NCBI GenBank assembly: GCA_018697295.1
Contig: JABHTJ010000006.1
Span: forward strand, 5,133-69,132
Source of the DNA: an archaeon
Lineage (GTDB): Archaea; Nanobdellota; Nanobdellia; Pacearchaeales; GW2011-AR1
Direction of reading: 5' to 3'
Length of the DNA: 64,000 nucleotides
Under the pieces are notes generated by a model. It was given only the letters and a program-made list of their open reading frames with translations. It had not been told where the DNA came from and ran no database searches. The position numbers and the translations under genes are program-made. Within the stretch, counting starts at the first letter, position 1. Each line of letters begins with the position of its first letter. Below, piece after piece: positions 16,582 to 26,561 of this stretch.

Positions 16582-18621
16582 CTACATCTTCTGAATATAC
16601 CCTCTCTTCGGTCTAAACAAGTCACCGGCTTTCAAAAGCTTCCCAATAGCTTCATCAATTTCTTCAACTTTCAATTTCCCGTCAAGTTTCTTTTCAACTT
16701 CTTCAAGCGGAATTAATTTACCCAGACTTTCTTCAAGTTCTGTAATCGCATCTCGCACAACAGATATTTTATTTCGGCCAGATGCCGGATTTCCTCCAAT
16801 TTTATCGATATCAAATGTTTTCGTCTCTTCATCGTAACCAACTTGCATCAAATAACTTTTAACAACATCAATTGAAAGCAAAGCATCTACTTTCTCAACT
16901 TTTTTTGAAAGTCTCATTCGCGCATTCGCTTCAGCAAGTCGAACAAGTGCTTCTAGTTGTCGCGCACCAATAGCAATCGCCTGATTCGGAGAATCTCCAA
17001 GCTGAGGAAGATTTCTCAAATTAACATAAAATTCTTTCATTTCATTAATAGCTTCGTCAGTTAATTCAGGATTATATTTCATTTTTGAAAACGAGACATA
17101 TTTTTTTAACAAATCTTTACTGATAACGTCATGTTTCACATTTTGTTTATGTTCGGCCAAGACGTGCATAGCAATCGCAGTATCACGATCCCTACTAGGA
17201 ATATCTCTCATAATAAAAATTGCGTCAAAACGAGACAACAGGCTTGGGACCAAATTTACTTGTTTGGGAATTGATTGAGTCGGATCAAATCGTCCGAATT
17301 TTGGATTCGCTGCAGCAAGAACTGATGTTTGAGCTCGAAGTGTTGCTTGAACGGTTGCCTTAGAAATTGTCACAGTTTGTTGTTCCATCGCCTCGTGCAT
17401 AGAACTTCGATCTTCTTCATCCATCTTATCAAATTCATCAATACAAATAATTCCTTTATTAGCGAGGACAATTGCTCCGGCTTCAAGACTCCAACCTTTC
17501 AAAAATTCATCTTTTACAACCGTTGCAGTAAGTCCTGCTCCTGATGCCGATTTTCCAGAAACATAACGGGCTTTTGGAGCAACACTTGAAATAAACCCTA
17601 GCATAACTGATTTCGCAACACCCGGATCTCCGACTAAAAGCATATGAATATCTCCCCTCATTGCAGTCCCGTCACTTCGAAATTTTTTAACTCCTCCAAA
17701 AAGTTGCAATGCAAGGGCTCGTTTCTCATCTTTATGTCCCCAAATAGAAGGTGCAATACTTCGAACCATTTTATCCATTAACTCAGGGTCTGCTGCAAGT
17801 TCTCGAATTTCTCGCTCTTCTTCCTCGCTAACCTTAATATCTTCAAAGCTTTCTTCTAGGGGGACGATGTTATTTGCCTCAACTGCCAAATCAAAACGCG
17901 TCAATATTCCACCACTGGCATTTGAAAGGGCAATTTCTTTAAGGATACCAATAATTTTGACTCGAGAACCAGGAGTTGTTCGAATTTCCATTCTTGGATC
18001 AACCAAATCTTCTTTGAGAAAAATAGTCATTCGCTTCGGTTGCTCTCCACCAACTAAATTGTCCGACGCTTCTTCAATAACTAAAACTTGAGCATCGACC
18101 ATATCTTTTGAGAGTTCCTTAAATCCTCCTCTTCGTCCACATGAGCATCGAGATGGCTCCTTAAATTTTTTATCAATTTGCAAAACTGAGATAATAGTTC
18201 CACAACTAGGACATTCAAACTTTGCATTTGTTACTTGAGGCCGAACTTCACTTGCTTGACGAACAATTCCTTCAATCCCAATAAGGTTAGATAAATTCTT
18301 AGAACGAATATTTCGAATCTTCATTTCCTGTGTCGCAGTAATGCTAGTAAAACGAGCTCGCGCATTATTCGGAGCCCATTCTAGTTCTTCTAAACCAACT
18401 TCCAAAAGTTGGACAATTTCCTCTGGCTTTTGAATAAGAAAATCAGCAAGCTCTGGAGAATGTTCACTAAATTCATTAAAATCAATCTGAACAACTCGCT
18501 CCCCCTCCTTCCCTACTTTCCCAATTTCCTTTCTGTTCAGTTCAAAAAATGCCTTAATATCGCTCAAAACCTCTTCTTGCTTACTCATTCCTTCACTTTT
18601 TTCTATTTCCTCTTCAGCCAT
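16582..18621 (-). CDS. mcm: MCM replicative helicase
   Basis: Zn motif CPSCG...CSCG, Walker A LLVGDPGVAKS, Walker B ICIDEFDKM and arginine finger SRFD. TAG stop. Confidence 0.95.
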   Translation of the reverse strand: MAEEEIEKSEGMSKQEEVLSDIKAFFELNRKEIGKVGKEGERVVQIDFNEFSEHSPELADFLIQKPEEIVQLLEVGLEELEWAPNNARARFTSITATQEMKIRNIRSKNLSNLIGIEGIVRQASEVRPQVTNAKFECPSCGTIISVLQIDKKFKEPSRCSCGRRGGFKELSKDMVDAQVLVIEEASDNLVGGEQPKRMTIFLKEDLVDPRMEIRTTPGSRVKIIGILKEIALSNASGGILTRFDLAVEANNIVPLEESFEDIKVSEEEEREIRELAADPELMDKMVRSIAPSIWGHKDEKRALALQLFGGVKKFRSDGTAMRGDIHMLLVGDPGVAKSVMLGFISSVAPKARYVSGKSASGAGLTATVVKDEFLKGWSLEAGAIVLANKGIICIDEFDKMDEEDRSSMHEAMEQQTVTISKATVQATLRAQTSVLAAANPKFGRFDPTQSIPKQVNLVPSLLSRFDAIFIMRDIPSRDRDTAIAMHVLAEHKQNVKHDVISKDLLKKYVSFSKMKYNPELTDEAINEMKEFYVNLRNLPQLGDSPNQAIAIGARQLEALVRLAEANARMRLSKKVEKVDALLSIDVVKSYLMQVGYDEETKTFDIDKIGGNPASGRNKISVVRDAITELEESLGKLIPLEEVEKKLDGKLKVEEIDEAIGKLLKAGDLFRPKRGYIQKM

Positions 18622-18700
18622 AGCATATTTAGAAAGAATCTCTTTAAAATATTATAGTTATTTGAACGGATATATCCGAAAATTCTCTAATCTTCTACAT

Positions 18701-19543
18701 CTAGTTATACACAAACTCACTTCTTCCAAAAATAATCTCTTCTGTCGTCCGCCGATAAATCCCTATAAAATCTCTCTTACAAAACGCTGCAACATGTTCA
18801 CCTTCTCTAAATTTCTCAACATCTCCAATAACATCATTTGCAAACAAAGGTTTTCCTGTATGAAGAGATTTCACAGCACGCTTTTCAATTTGAACAAAAG
18901 GCAAAACTTGTTTAATCGCATCTTCTCCAGAAATCAACATTCCTTCAAATTCTTTCTTATCTCCAGAAAAATATTTTTCAACTGCAGCCTCAAATTCATT
19001 AAGCGTAACAATCGTTTCTTCACTAAAAATCCCTGCCTGAGTCCTCCGAAGCTCTCCCATATGTGCTCCTCCAATCATCTCTCCCAAATCTGAACAAATC
19101 TTTCGAATATAGGTTCCTCCTTCAACTTCAGTTTCAAATAAAAAATCTCGTTTCCCAATTTCTTCAATAAATTTAAATGAAAAAACTTCTCGCTCACGCT
19201 CAGCTCGCTTAACTGCAGAACGATTCGGAGGAGTTTGTTTTATTTTCCCACTAAAATGTTTATTAATTAAGTTCTGCAATTCTTTCATATCAGAATCTTT
19301 GTGTGTATGCAAAACACCAATATACGTTTTATTATGTTTAATAAAATAATCTGCCAATTTACATGCACGACCAAGAGTTATCGGCAATACTCCAGTAACT
19401 TTTGGATCAAGAGTACCCATATGTGACGTTTTCTTCAACTTCAACTTACGCTTCACAAATTCCGAAATCGAATACGAGGTAGGACCAGCACTCTTATCAA
19501 TATTTATCAAACTAAATGTCAAAAAACTTTTTTCATTTTTCAT
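18701..19543 (-). CDS. cbf5: tRNA/rRNA pseudouridine synthase Cbf5 (TruB family with PUA domain)
   Basis: HMGTLDPKVTGVLPITLGRACK contains the catalytic Asp motif. The C-terminus is PUA-like. Confidence 0.85.
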   Translation of the reverse strand: MKNEKSFLTFSLINIDKSAGPTSYSISEFVKRKLKLKKTSHMGTLDPKVTGVLPITLGRACKLADYFIKHNKTYIGVLHTHKDSDMKELQNLINKHFSGKIKQTPPNRSAVKRAEREREVFSFKFIEEIGKRDFLFETEVEGGTYIRKICSDLGEMIGGAHMGELRRTQAGIFSEETIVTLNEFEAAVEKYFSGDKKEFEGMLISGEDAIKQVLPFVQIEKRAVKSLHTGKPLFANDVIGDVEKFREGEHVAAFCKRDFIGIYRRTTEEIIFGRSEFVYN

Positions 19544-19653
19544 ATAATTGAAGTGAAGAACGGATTTATAGGTGTTTTGGAACTTAAGTTCTCAAAAGAA
19601 TCACAAAAACCTCTAAATTTTTATAAGCAAGAAAATTATCCCAAAATAATAAC

Positions 19654-20790
19654 ATGAAAGAAGAAATCACTATAATGGATCCACTATATAATCAAGTGCC
19701 AATCCATAAAGAACACAAAAAAATAATCGACTCAAAAGAGTTTCAAAGACTTCGGTATATTGGACAAACCTCTTTTTCTAATAAGGTATATCCAAGCGCG
19801 AATCACACAAGATTTGAACACAGCATCGGAACATATCACTTAATGAATCGATTAATCAATAATGGATTAAATAAACTTTCAAAAGAACAAAGCAATTCAA
19901 TCTTAACTGCAGCACTTTTGCACGATATTGGTCACGGACCTTTCTCTCATGTCTGGGAAGAAGTATTTCCACATTTTAATCATGAAGAAGCCACTATAAA
20001 AATTCTTGAACAAAATGGCTTCAAGGAAGTTGCCAAATTAATTTCAAAAAAAGAAAATATGTATTCGCTTCTTAGTTCAACCATCGATGTAGATAAACTA
20101 GATTACATGGGAAGAGATTCTTATTTCACAGGAGTTTCATTTGGAATGCTAGAAGTAGATTTTATCCTAAGACATACATATCTAAAAGACGGAAAAATTA
20201 TCATTAAACAAAGTGCGCTCGCTTCAATCGAAGGATTAATTTCTCAACGAGTTAATCTCTACAAGGCAGTATATCTTCATAAGGTGTCGATAGAATTCGG
20301 TTTTGTATTTAAAAAAATCTTCCAACGAGTAAGAGATTTAATTGCAAAAGGAATAAAAATTGAAATGAATCCACATATAAGAAATTTCTTCGAAGAAAAA
20401 AACACACTTGAAGATTTATTCGAATTAACTGATTCAGAAATCTTGAGCCAAATAAAACGGTGGTCAAATGAACCAGACGCTATACTAAAAAAATTATGTG
20501 AGGGATTTTTATATCGTAAAAAAATGAGAGTAATATCTCTAAATAACAAATCAATTGACACTAAAAAAATTCTTGCCGAAGTAAAAAAACAATACGATCC
20601 AAGATATTTTTACGCACACATAAAGATTCCACTAAAAATAATCGAATCTCAATTATATGTTGAAGAAGAAAATAAAATAAGAAAAATTGAAGAAGTTTCA
20701 GATTTAATAAGATTTTATTCGAGAGAAAAAAGGTTCGTCGAGTTTCTCATATTTCCAAGAAACATAGAATACAAAAAATTACTCAAATAA
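19654..20790 (+). CDS. HD-domain phosphohydrolase (dNTP triphosphohydrolase/SAMHD1-like)
   Basis: [39 protein letters not shown]. Confidence 0.8.
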   Translation: MKEEITIMDPLYNQVPIHKEHKKIIDSKEFQRLRYIGQTSFSNKVYPSANHTRFEHSIGTYHLMNRLINNGLNKLSKEQSNSILTAALLHDIGHGPFSHVWEEVFPHFNHEEATIKILEQNGFKEVAKLISKKENMYSLLSSTIDVDKLDYMGRDSYFTGVSFGMLEVDFILRHTYLKDGKIIIKQSALASIEGLISQRVNLYKAVYLHKVSIEFGFVFKKIFQRVRDLIAKGIKIEMNPHIRNFFEEKNTLEDLFELTDSEILSQIKRWSNEPDAILKKLCEGFLYRKKMRVISLNNKSIDTKKILAEVKKQYDPRYFYAHIKIPLKIIESQLYVEEENKIRKIEEVSDLIRFYSREKRFVEFLIFPRNIEYKKLLK

Positions 20791-21306
20791 ATCTAAATAA
20801 TCTCCATAACCTTCTTTTTCTAAATCTTCGACAGGAATAAATCTCAAACTCGCAGAATTAATACAATATCGCGAACCGTCATTTGGTCCATCATCAAAAA
20901 CATGTCCAAGATGAGAATCGGCCTTCGCACTTTTAACTTCAGTTCGTTCAATATCAAGACTAGTATCGCTTCCAGTCACAATATTTTCTTCCTCTAAGGG
21001 TTTAGTAAAACTTGGCCAACCAGTTCCAGAATCATATTTGTCAAGAGAAGAAAATAAAGGTTCTCCAGATGCAATGTCGACATAGATTCCAGCTTTTTTA
21101 TTGTCCCAAAATTCATTTTCAAATGGCTGTTCAGTTCCGCCCTTTTGAGTAATATATTTTTGATAATCTGTTAATTCCTTAACTTCATATTCGCTCACTT
21201 CATTTTCCATTCCTTCATTAGAAGAATTCACCGCAACCATAGTAATTCCTATAAGAAATAATAGCATAAAAATATGTCGATTTAATCTTTTCATAATTTT
21301 CTTCAC
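20779..21306 (-). CDS. msrB: Peptide-methionine (R)-S-oxide reductase MsrB with an N-terminal signal/anchor
   Basis: [31 protein letters not shown]. The N-terminus is [22 protein letters not shown]. Confidence 0.9.
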   Translation of the reverse strand: MKKIMKRLNRHIFMLLFLIGITMVAVNSSNEGMENEVSEYEVKELTDYQKYITQKGGTEQPFENEFWDNKKAGIYVDIASGEPLFSSLDKYDSGTGWPSFTKPLEEENIVTGSDTSLDIERTEVKSAKADSHLGHVFDDGPNDGSRYCINSASLRFIPVEDLEKEGYGDYLDLFE

Positions 21307-21396
21307 CTTATCAAAACTACTAACTTTTCCCTTTTAATAGTTTATCATTTTAAAATTAAAAGAAAACTATAAAAACTTCTTCCATCTAAAGAAGAT

Positions 21397-21558
21397 ATGG
21401 CAAGAAGAAACACATTTCCAACATTCGCAGTAATCGTATTAATTTTCGGAATTGTATGGCTGTTAAAAGAACTCAATATTTTGGCAATTAATGTTCCTTG
21501 GCTACCGGTCCTCGTAATAATTATCTCGCTTGGATGGATTTTCAACAGATTTAATTAA
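21397..21558 (+). CDS. Small two-helix membrane protein (53 aa), absent from the ORF track
   Basis: My translation is MARRNTFPTFAVIVLIFGIVWLLKELNILAINVPWLPVLVIIISLGWIFNRFN. It is more gene-like than the antisense 66-aa ORF at 21345..21545. Confidence 0.4.
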   Translation: MARRNTFPTFAVIVLIFGIVWLLKELNILAINVPWLPVLVIIISLGWIFNRFN

Positions 21559-22019
21559 CAAACGCCAACTTTCATTTTCTCAATTTCACAATTATTAATA
21601 TAAAACGAAACGTCACTAATTGCTCCAGAATCCTCAAAATCCGTAGCTCTAAAATAATAATTCGCAAATTGTCCCTGTTCTAAAATCGTACATCCATTCT
21701 CTTCGCTACATTCCCATAAAGAGTTTTGTCCAGTTCCATCATCAAATACAAATCCAAGCTCTTCAACTAAAAAATCCTCATTCTTCAAATAAACACCGAC
21801 TTCAAAATGATTCTCCATATCACTAAAACAAGCTCGTCGTAAATCTGCAACTTGTTCTAGTTTTATTTCTAAACAGGAAAATTCTGGAGAAGATTGCACA
21901 TCAATACTTTTCTTAACGCCAATAACCACAATTCCTGCAGCAAAAATCGTCATCAGAATAAGCAAAACAGCACTAACTATCGGTGCCAATCCTCGCTTAG
22001 TATTTTTCTCTCTTACCAT
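21555..22019 (-). CDS. Archaeal type IV pilin-like protein (class III signal peptide)
   Basis: KRGLAPIVSAVLLILMTIFAAGIVV matches the archaeal pilin/archaellin N-terminal motif (K/R)G-x-(S/A)P(V/I). Confidence 0.7.
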   Translation of the reverse strand: MVREKNTKRGLAPIVSAVLLILMTIFAAGIVVIGVKKSIDVQSSPEFSCLEIKLEQVADLRRACFSDMENHFEVGVYLKNEDFLVEELGFVFDDGTGQNSLWECSEENGCTILEQGQFANYYFRATDFEDSGAISDVSFYINNCEIEKMKVGVC

Positions 22020-22020
22020 C

Positions 22021-23148
22021 TTATTGTTTTACTGGATAATATCCTACAGATTCAACCGGAAAACTTCCAGTAACTTCCCCATCAAAATTTACAATTTGAA
22101 TTAATTCAGCATCATCAATTTTTGGCACCTTCAAGTAAGTAAGTAAATCCTTAGAGTCATACTGGACACCATCTATTTCATTTTCATTTCCTGGACGCGC
22201 AGTAAAAATAATTTCGTTACTAAAAGATTCTGAACTAATTATTCCATCCGCAGTTTTTATTTGAACATTATTTGAGCCATGCCCTGGTGTTCCTGCACAA
22301 CCAATTTCTTCAATAACTGAAACTATTTCCCCAGATTCAATTCCAATTAAATAATATTCTTGATTCAAACATTCTTCTGAAATTTCGCTAACGACATTCC
22401 CAGTAAAAAAAGAACTTGTTTTCAATTCATCTTCAACTCGTTCGTTGATTAAATTTTCATTATAAGAACCAAAATTGCCTGTATTCAGCGTCCTCATGAC
22501 TCCCTCAGGGATAAAACGATATAAGTCTGATTTTGTACATCCTAGAGAACAACTCTCAGTTCCAAAATCTTCACAACTTTTCTTACAGTTCTCTGAACCT
22601 CGGGGAACCTTCGCATTATTGTCAACATATTCTTCAGCAAAACCTGCAAGTGCATGACCAATTTCGTGAAGCAAAACTTCTTTTGGATGGGCTGTAACAA
22701 TGCTAATTACCTGCTTATACGACGAACTTCGAATCACTTCTGGATGATCTTCTAAAACTATTAGGTAATCATTAGGGCAAGAAGCTGCCTTTTTGATCAA
22801 CTCTTTTGAATCGCAGAAAAGTGCTGCACCTTTATACAATTCACATTCCGGGTCGTAGTCAGAAGGTTCAATATAAAAAATATTAAAATTATCAAGATGC
22901 TTATCAAAAGGACTAGAAGAAAAAAAGTAATCAGCATATTCTTGTGTTGTTGCTTCATCCGCGAAAAAAAGCAAATTTATCCCGGTAGAAATTGATCCAA
23001 TAGATTTACAATTCTCTAAAACGGTCGGTGATTCTCCAACTTCAAATAATTCTCTATCATTTTGCAAAACAACAATCATCAGGACGCTAAGAATCACAAT
23101 AAGCACGGAGACGATTCCCATAAGAATATGTTTTGTTTGCATAACCAA
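22021..23148 (-). CDS. Membrane-anchored zinc metallopeptidase, M64 (IgA peptidase)-like
   Basis: HEIGHALAGFAEEY matches HE-x-GH-x5-L/F-x-(D/E)EY. N-terminal TM helix. It lies 1 nt downstream of the pilin-like gene. Confidence 0.6.
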   Translation of the reverse strand: MVMQTKHILMGIVSVLIVILSVLMIVVLQNDRELFEVGESPTVLENCKSIGSISTGINLLFFADEATTQEYADYFFSSSPFDKHLDNFNIFYIEPSDYDPECELYKGAALFCDSKELIKKAASCPNDYLIVLEDHPEVIRSSSYKQVISIVTAHPKEVLLHEIGHALAGFAEEYVDNNAKVPRGSENCKKSCEDFGTESCSLGCTKSDLYRFIPEGVMRTLNTGNFGSYNENLINERVEDELKTSSFFTGNVVSEISEECLNQEYYLIGIESGEIVSVIEEIGCAGTPGHGSNNVQIKTADGIISSESFSNEIIFTARPGNENEIDGVQYDSKDLLTYLKVPKIDDAELIQIVNFDGEVTGSFPVESVGYYPVKQ

Positions 23149-23197
23149 TACAAGAAATATTATTTTATATACATTATGTTTGGAAAATTTAAGAATT

Positions 23198-23581
23198 TTA
23201 GTTACTAAAAATCCATGTTTCTAAAATAATGAAAATTATTGCAATAATACTCACAACTCCTTTTGTTGCCAAAAAGACTGGATGATTAATTCCAATAATT
23301 GGCAAACTCAAAAAACCAGCGACAATCGCCATAATTCCGACGACAAGAGAGGTAATGTCTGCAACAGTTTCATCTCGTCTTTTTTTAAGAAGTTTTTTTG
23401 GTTTAGATTGTAAAATAAATCCTACTCCCAAAACTACTAGCCAGAAAAAGCCAAGATATTCTCCAAAATCAAAACCAAAGAAACTAATTGAAACGATCTC
23501 TAAAAATCCAATTATACTAATAACTGCAAGGGCCATCGAAAATTTAAAAATAAATTTTTCATCTACCTTTTTTTTCACCAT
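23198..23581 (-). CDS. Hypothetical integral membrane protein (4 TM)
   Basis: ORF track; hydrophobic helices throughout. Confidence 0.5.
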   Translation of the reverse strand: MVKKKVDEKFIFKFSMALAVISIIGFLEIVSISFFGFDFGEYLGFFWLVVLGVGFILQSKPKKLLKKRRDETVADITSLVVGIMAIVAGFLSLPIIGINHPVFLATKGVVSIIAIIFIILETWIFSN

Positions 23582-23643
23582 AATCTCTTAAGAAAAAAGG
23601 TCTATTTAAAATTAATTGACGAATAAAAAATTCCTAATTATTT

Positions 23644-24435
23644 TCAACGAAGAGTTTTTCTAATCGGTGCAGTTTTTCCTTTATGTGCTCCGCCTGCAGT
23701 ATGTTTCAAATCTTTTGCAGCTGCCTTTTGAGTTTCAGCTTCTTTAATCGAACCAGACTTTTTATCTTCAGATTCTTCTACTTTGTCAGCAACGCCGTCT
23801 TTATCCTTATCTTCAACATCTTCTTTTTCTAATCTATCTTTTCCTTTTGAAGGAGCTTTTGTTCCGCTCAATTTTCGCTTTTCATGTCGAGCCATAGTAT
23901 ATTTTACAACTTCCGGAATTTCTGCAAGTTCTGCATAAACAATTCCATCAATTTTCTTCGCGATAACTTTTACTTTAGTAAGTGGTTTCTTAATTCCCTT
24001 AAACCAAACTTCATTATTCAAATACATGTCAATTTTCACTTTTCGAAGATCTCTATCCTCGACCCTCATATGCTTTGCCAAAAATTGCTTCATAGCCTTA
24101 ATCGCTTTCTTCGCTCGTTTATACGCAGGAACTTTAAGGATTTCTTTTCTCAAAGGAATGATATATTCTCGTTCAAGTTCAACTTTCTTAACAGGAGTTT
24201 TAGAAGTTTTCTTTTCTTTCTTTTCTTTCGAAACTGCAGGAACAGATTTTTTACCTTCTTTCTTTTCCTCAACTTTAGGTTTATTTTTTAGAGTCTCAGT
24301 TTTTTCTTCAACCTTGAAATCTTTCTTATCTTCAGTTTTAACTTCTTCAACTTTCTCTTCCTTTACTTCTTCAGTTTTTACAACGGCTTCCTCTTTTTTC
24401 TCTTCTACAACTTCAGTCTTATTTTCTTCTACCAT
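23644..24435 (-). CDS. rpl31e: Ribosomal protein eL31 with long K/E-rich N- and C-terminal extensions
   Basis: The core is REYIIPLRKEILKVPAYKRAKKAIKAMKQFLAKHM...IDMYLNNEVWFKGIKKP. Its start overlaps the eL39 stop (TAATG). Confidence 0.85.
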   Translation of the reverse strand: MVEENKTEVVEEKKEEAVVKTEEVKEEKVEEVKTEDKKDFKVEEKTETLKNKPKVEEKKEGKKSVPAVSKEKKEKKTSKTPVKKVELEREYIIPLRKEILKVPAYKRAKKAIKAMKQFLAKHMRVEDRDLRKVKIDMYLNNEVWFKGIKKPLTKVKVIAKKIDGIVYAELAEIPEVVKYTMARHEKRKLSGTKAPSKGKDRLEKEDVEDKDKDGVADKVEESEDKKSGSIKEAETQKAAAKDLKHTAGGAHKGKTAPIRKTLR

Positions 24436-24650
24436 TATCCTAAATTTGCCTTCCTCATTTTTCTTGGTTTAATTTTAAGACTTGTTCGTGACCAGCTTCG
24501 CTTCACATGAGTAATTCTAGATGGATGAATCTTTTTACCTTTTCCATATTTTTTCAAAACTGTCCAAAATGGAGCCCACTTCGTTTGTCGCTTAGCTCGA
24601 TCCAAATGTCGCTTCTTACTACTAGCATTCTTCGATTTTCGACTTGCCAT
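24435..24650 (-). CDS. rpl39e: Ribosomal protein eL39
   Basis: KKRHLDRAKRQTKWAPFWTVLKK...RSWSRTSLKI. TAATG overlaps on both sides. Confidence 0.8.
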   Translation of the reverse strand: MASRKSKNASSKKRHLDRAKRQTKWAPFWTVLKKYGKGKKIHPSRITHVKRSWSRTSLKIKPRKMRKANLG

Positions 24651-25246
24651 TATTCGGTTTTCTCCTCAGGCTTAGTTTCTTCGTCCACAACTTCTTCTTG
24701 AATATCTTCGTTTGATTCTCCTTCAACAGCTTCTTCTTGAACATTCTCAGCAGAAATATTTTCTTCTTGAATATCTTCAACAACTTCTTTTGGTACAACA
24801 ATAGTATTTTCAAAATCTAATCCTTTTTTCTCTTCTACTTCAATTGAATCAAGCAAATCTCTTCCGCTCTGTGTTAATCGTCGTCCAAATTGTAATCGAG
24901 CAACTTTTTCAACGAGCCCGGCCTCTTCTGCTTGTTGAAGAATAACTCTAATAATTTTTCCACCCGATTTCTTAAATTTGTCTGGCTTTCCGCCTCGGTC
25001 TTTTCGAGAACCATAACGGCTACGAAGTTTTCCAACTCCAACAACACCTTTAATGTAGAGTTGTCGAAGAATCGAAGCTGATCGAATATACCAAAAGTCT
25101 TCATCAACTGGTGGTCGTTCTCGAGAAGTCCCGGTCTTTACAAATGCAACCCATTCAGGAGCTTCAAACTCTGGAATTTTTTTAAGAGCGTCAGCTAATG
25201 CTGGAATAAATAATTCCGGATCCTTTGCATAAATTGTTTGTGCCAT
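24650..25246 (-). CDS. rps19e: Ribosomal protein eS19 with an acidic C-terminal extension
   Basis: PEWVAFVKTGTSRERPP..DFWYIRSASILRQLY...GRRLTQSGRDLLD. Confidence 0.9.
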   Translation of the reverse strand: MAQTIYAKDPELFIPALADALKKIPEFEAPEWVAFVKTGTSRERPPVDEDFWYIRSASILRQLYIKGVVGVGKLRSRYGSRKDRGGKPDKFKKSGGKIIRVILQQAEEAGLVEKVARLQFGRRLTQSGRDLLDSIEVEEKKGLDFENTIVVPKEVVEDIQEENISAENVQEEAVEGESNEDIQEEVVDEETKPEEKTE

Positions 25247-25402
25247 TTGTGTTCAATAGTTAGGCGCATCTTTCAATGCTAAATCGTTAACTCGAATCTT
25301 CGAGAACTTTAACCTAAAAAATAGTTCCATCAATAGTTTATAAAAGTAACTATTAGAAAAATAATTCGATATATTTTTAAGGATTCTGTTCCATCATTTT
25401 CC

Positions 25403-25810
25403 ATGAAAAAAATGACAACTGGTTTAGGATTAATTCTTGCAACAAGTGCTAGCTTGGCTCTTTTAGGTTCGTCAAATTTGGAATCTAGGACAAGTTCAGA
25501 ACCTGTGCAAGAACATCATCAATTCGAAGGAGTCGTAGTCTCAGAAGGTTATCATTTGGGCCAATATAATTTTGAAGTAAAAGGGTATGAAAGCACTCAG
25601 AAGAAAAGAACAAAGAGAAATTCACTTTCTCGAAAATTTGTATATGGGTCTGAAGGTAGTTGGGATAATTCCCTCGATAAATATGTCGATGTTGGAAGTT
25701 TAATCATCCTTGACATTCCTTATTCAAAAAAGAGGGTAAACAACAATCCTACAAAAAGTATCCCAATCGAACGCTCACAAATCGTAGACGTAGAAAAAAA
25801 AGTTGAATAA
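25403..25810 (+). CDS. Hypothetical secreted protein
   Basis: Signal-like N-terminus MKKMTTGLGLILATSASLALLGSS. Confidence 0.45.
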   Translation: MKKMTTGLGLILATSASLALLGSSNLESRTSSEPVQEHHQFEGVVVSEGYHLGQYNFEVKGYESTQKKRTKRNSLSRKFVYGSEGSWDNSLDKYVDVGSLIILDIPYSKKRVNNNPTKSIPIERSQIVDVEKKVE

Positions 25811-25813
25811 AAA

Positions 25814-26059
25814 TTATCGCTGTTCTTTTCGAAATTTAATCACCGTTATAACATATCCAACTAATTTGTAACCATATTTTTTACCAAGAGATTCAATCAA
25901 ATCTTCTGCAATTTTTTTAGCTTCAGTTTTATCTCGGCATGCAGATTTCAAAATATCTATTTTAATCAAAGTCTCATTTTCAAAAATGCTCTTAACCTGT
26001 CCAATAAACTCTTCGCTAAGTCCATTCTTTCCAAGTTGTAGTTTTTTAATATGTTTCAT
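25814..26059 (-). CDS. YhbY/CRM-domain RNA-binding protein
   Basis: LQLGKNGLSEEFIGQVKSIFENETLIKIDIL...GYVITVIKFR matches the CRS1/YhbY pattern. Confidence 0.7.
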   Translation of the reverse strand: MKHIKKLQLGKNGLSEEFIGQVKSIFENETLIKIDILKSACRDKTEAKKIAEDLIESLGKKYGYKLVGYVITVIKFRKEQR

Positions 26060-26445
26060 TTTATTTGTTTCTCCAAGTTCTCTTCTAAGTTCCTAATATC
26101 TGCCTTCTTAACCTTTACGACGTCAAATTTCTTCACATGAAAAGTACCAAGTTTCATTTTCTTTTCTTTGTAAATATCTGCACCACGAAACACATGAACA
26201 GAGACGTCTTTTTTATTGTCTCGCCAATCCTGAGAATATTTTGCAGTATAAATCGCAGCTTCTTTAATTTCTACCTTCGTAGGATTTTCACATTTAATCT
26301 TGCAAAAAGGACTTCCTGGCATGACAGTATGCAAGACAGTTTCGGTAGGCATTACCTGGCTTACCAAATCTTCATTACTCTCTGCAGATTTTCCAAGAAG
26401 AATTTTCACTCCACTTAATAATTCGAATTCTCTAAAAGGTGCCAT
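26056..26445 (-). CDS. DUF814 (NFACT-R-like) domain protein
   Basis: ILLGKSAESNEDLV...LHTVMPGSPFCKI...VHVFRGADIYKEK. I place the start at MAPFREF (26445); the longer ORF-track N-terminus looks spurious. Confidence 0.6.
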   Translation of the reverse strand: MAPFREFELLSGVKILLGKSAESNEDLVSQVMPTETVLHTVMPGSPFCKIKCENPTKVEIKEAAIYTAKYSQDWRDNKKDVSVHVFRGADIYKEKKMKLGTFHVKKFDVVKVKKADIRNLEENLEKQIK

Positions 26446-26561
26446 GAAAGTTTCTATGAAATAAACTTTATAATAGTACCGAGTCAGACATGTTAACAGT
26501 GTTACCAATTATTTTAAATACTCATTCTTTCTTTTTTCAATAACTAAATGAGGAGAAAAAA

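Noticed and set aside
19654-20790. The SAMHD1-like HD phosphohydrolase considered as a dNTP-depletion antiviral defence gene
   Set aside because: It has no defence-island context and sits between cbf5 and msrB. A housekeeping dNTPase role is equally likely, and nothing in the sequence discriminates between the two.
21345-21545. 66-aa minus-strand ORF from the track
   Set aside because: It has no motifs or promoter context. The opposite strand encodes a cleaner 53-aa two-TM protein with an ATG and a stop overlapping the next gene boundary.
23884-24472. 135-aa and 148-aa plus-strand ORFs antisense to eL31
   Set aside because: They are artefacts of the low-complexity K/E-rich coding repeats, whose antisense is F/S/L-rich with no stops. 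The r-protein operon on the minus strand is well supported by TAATG coupling.
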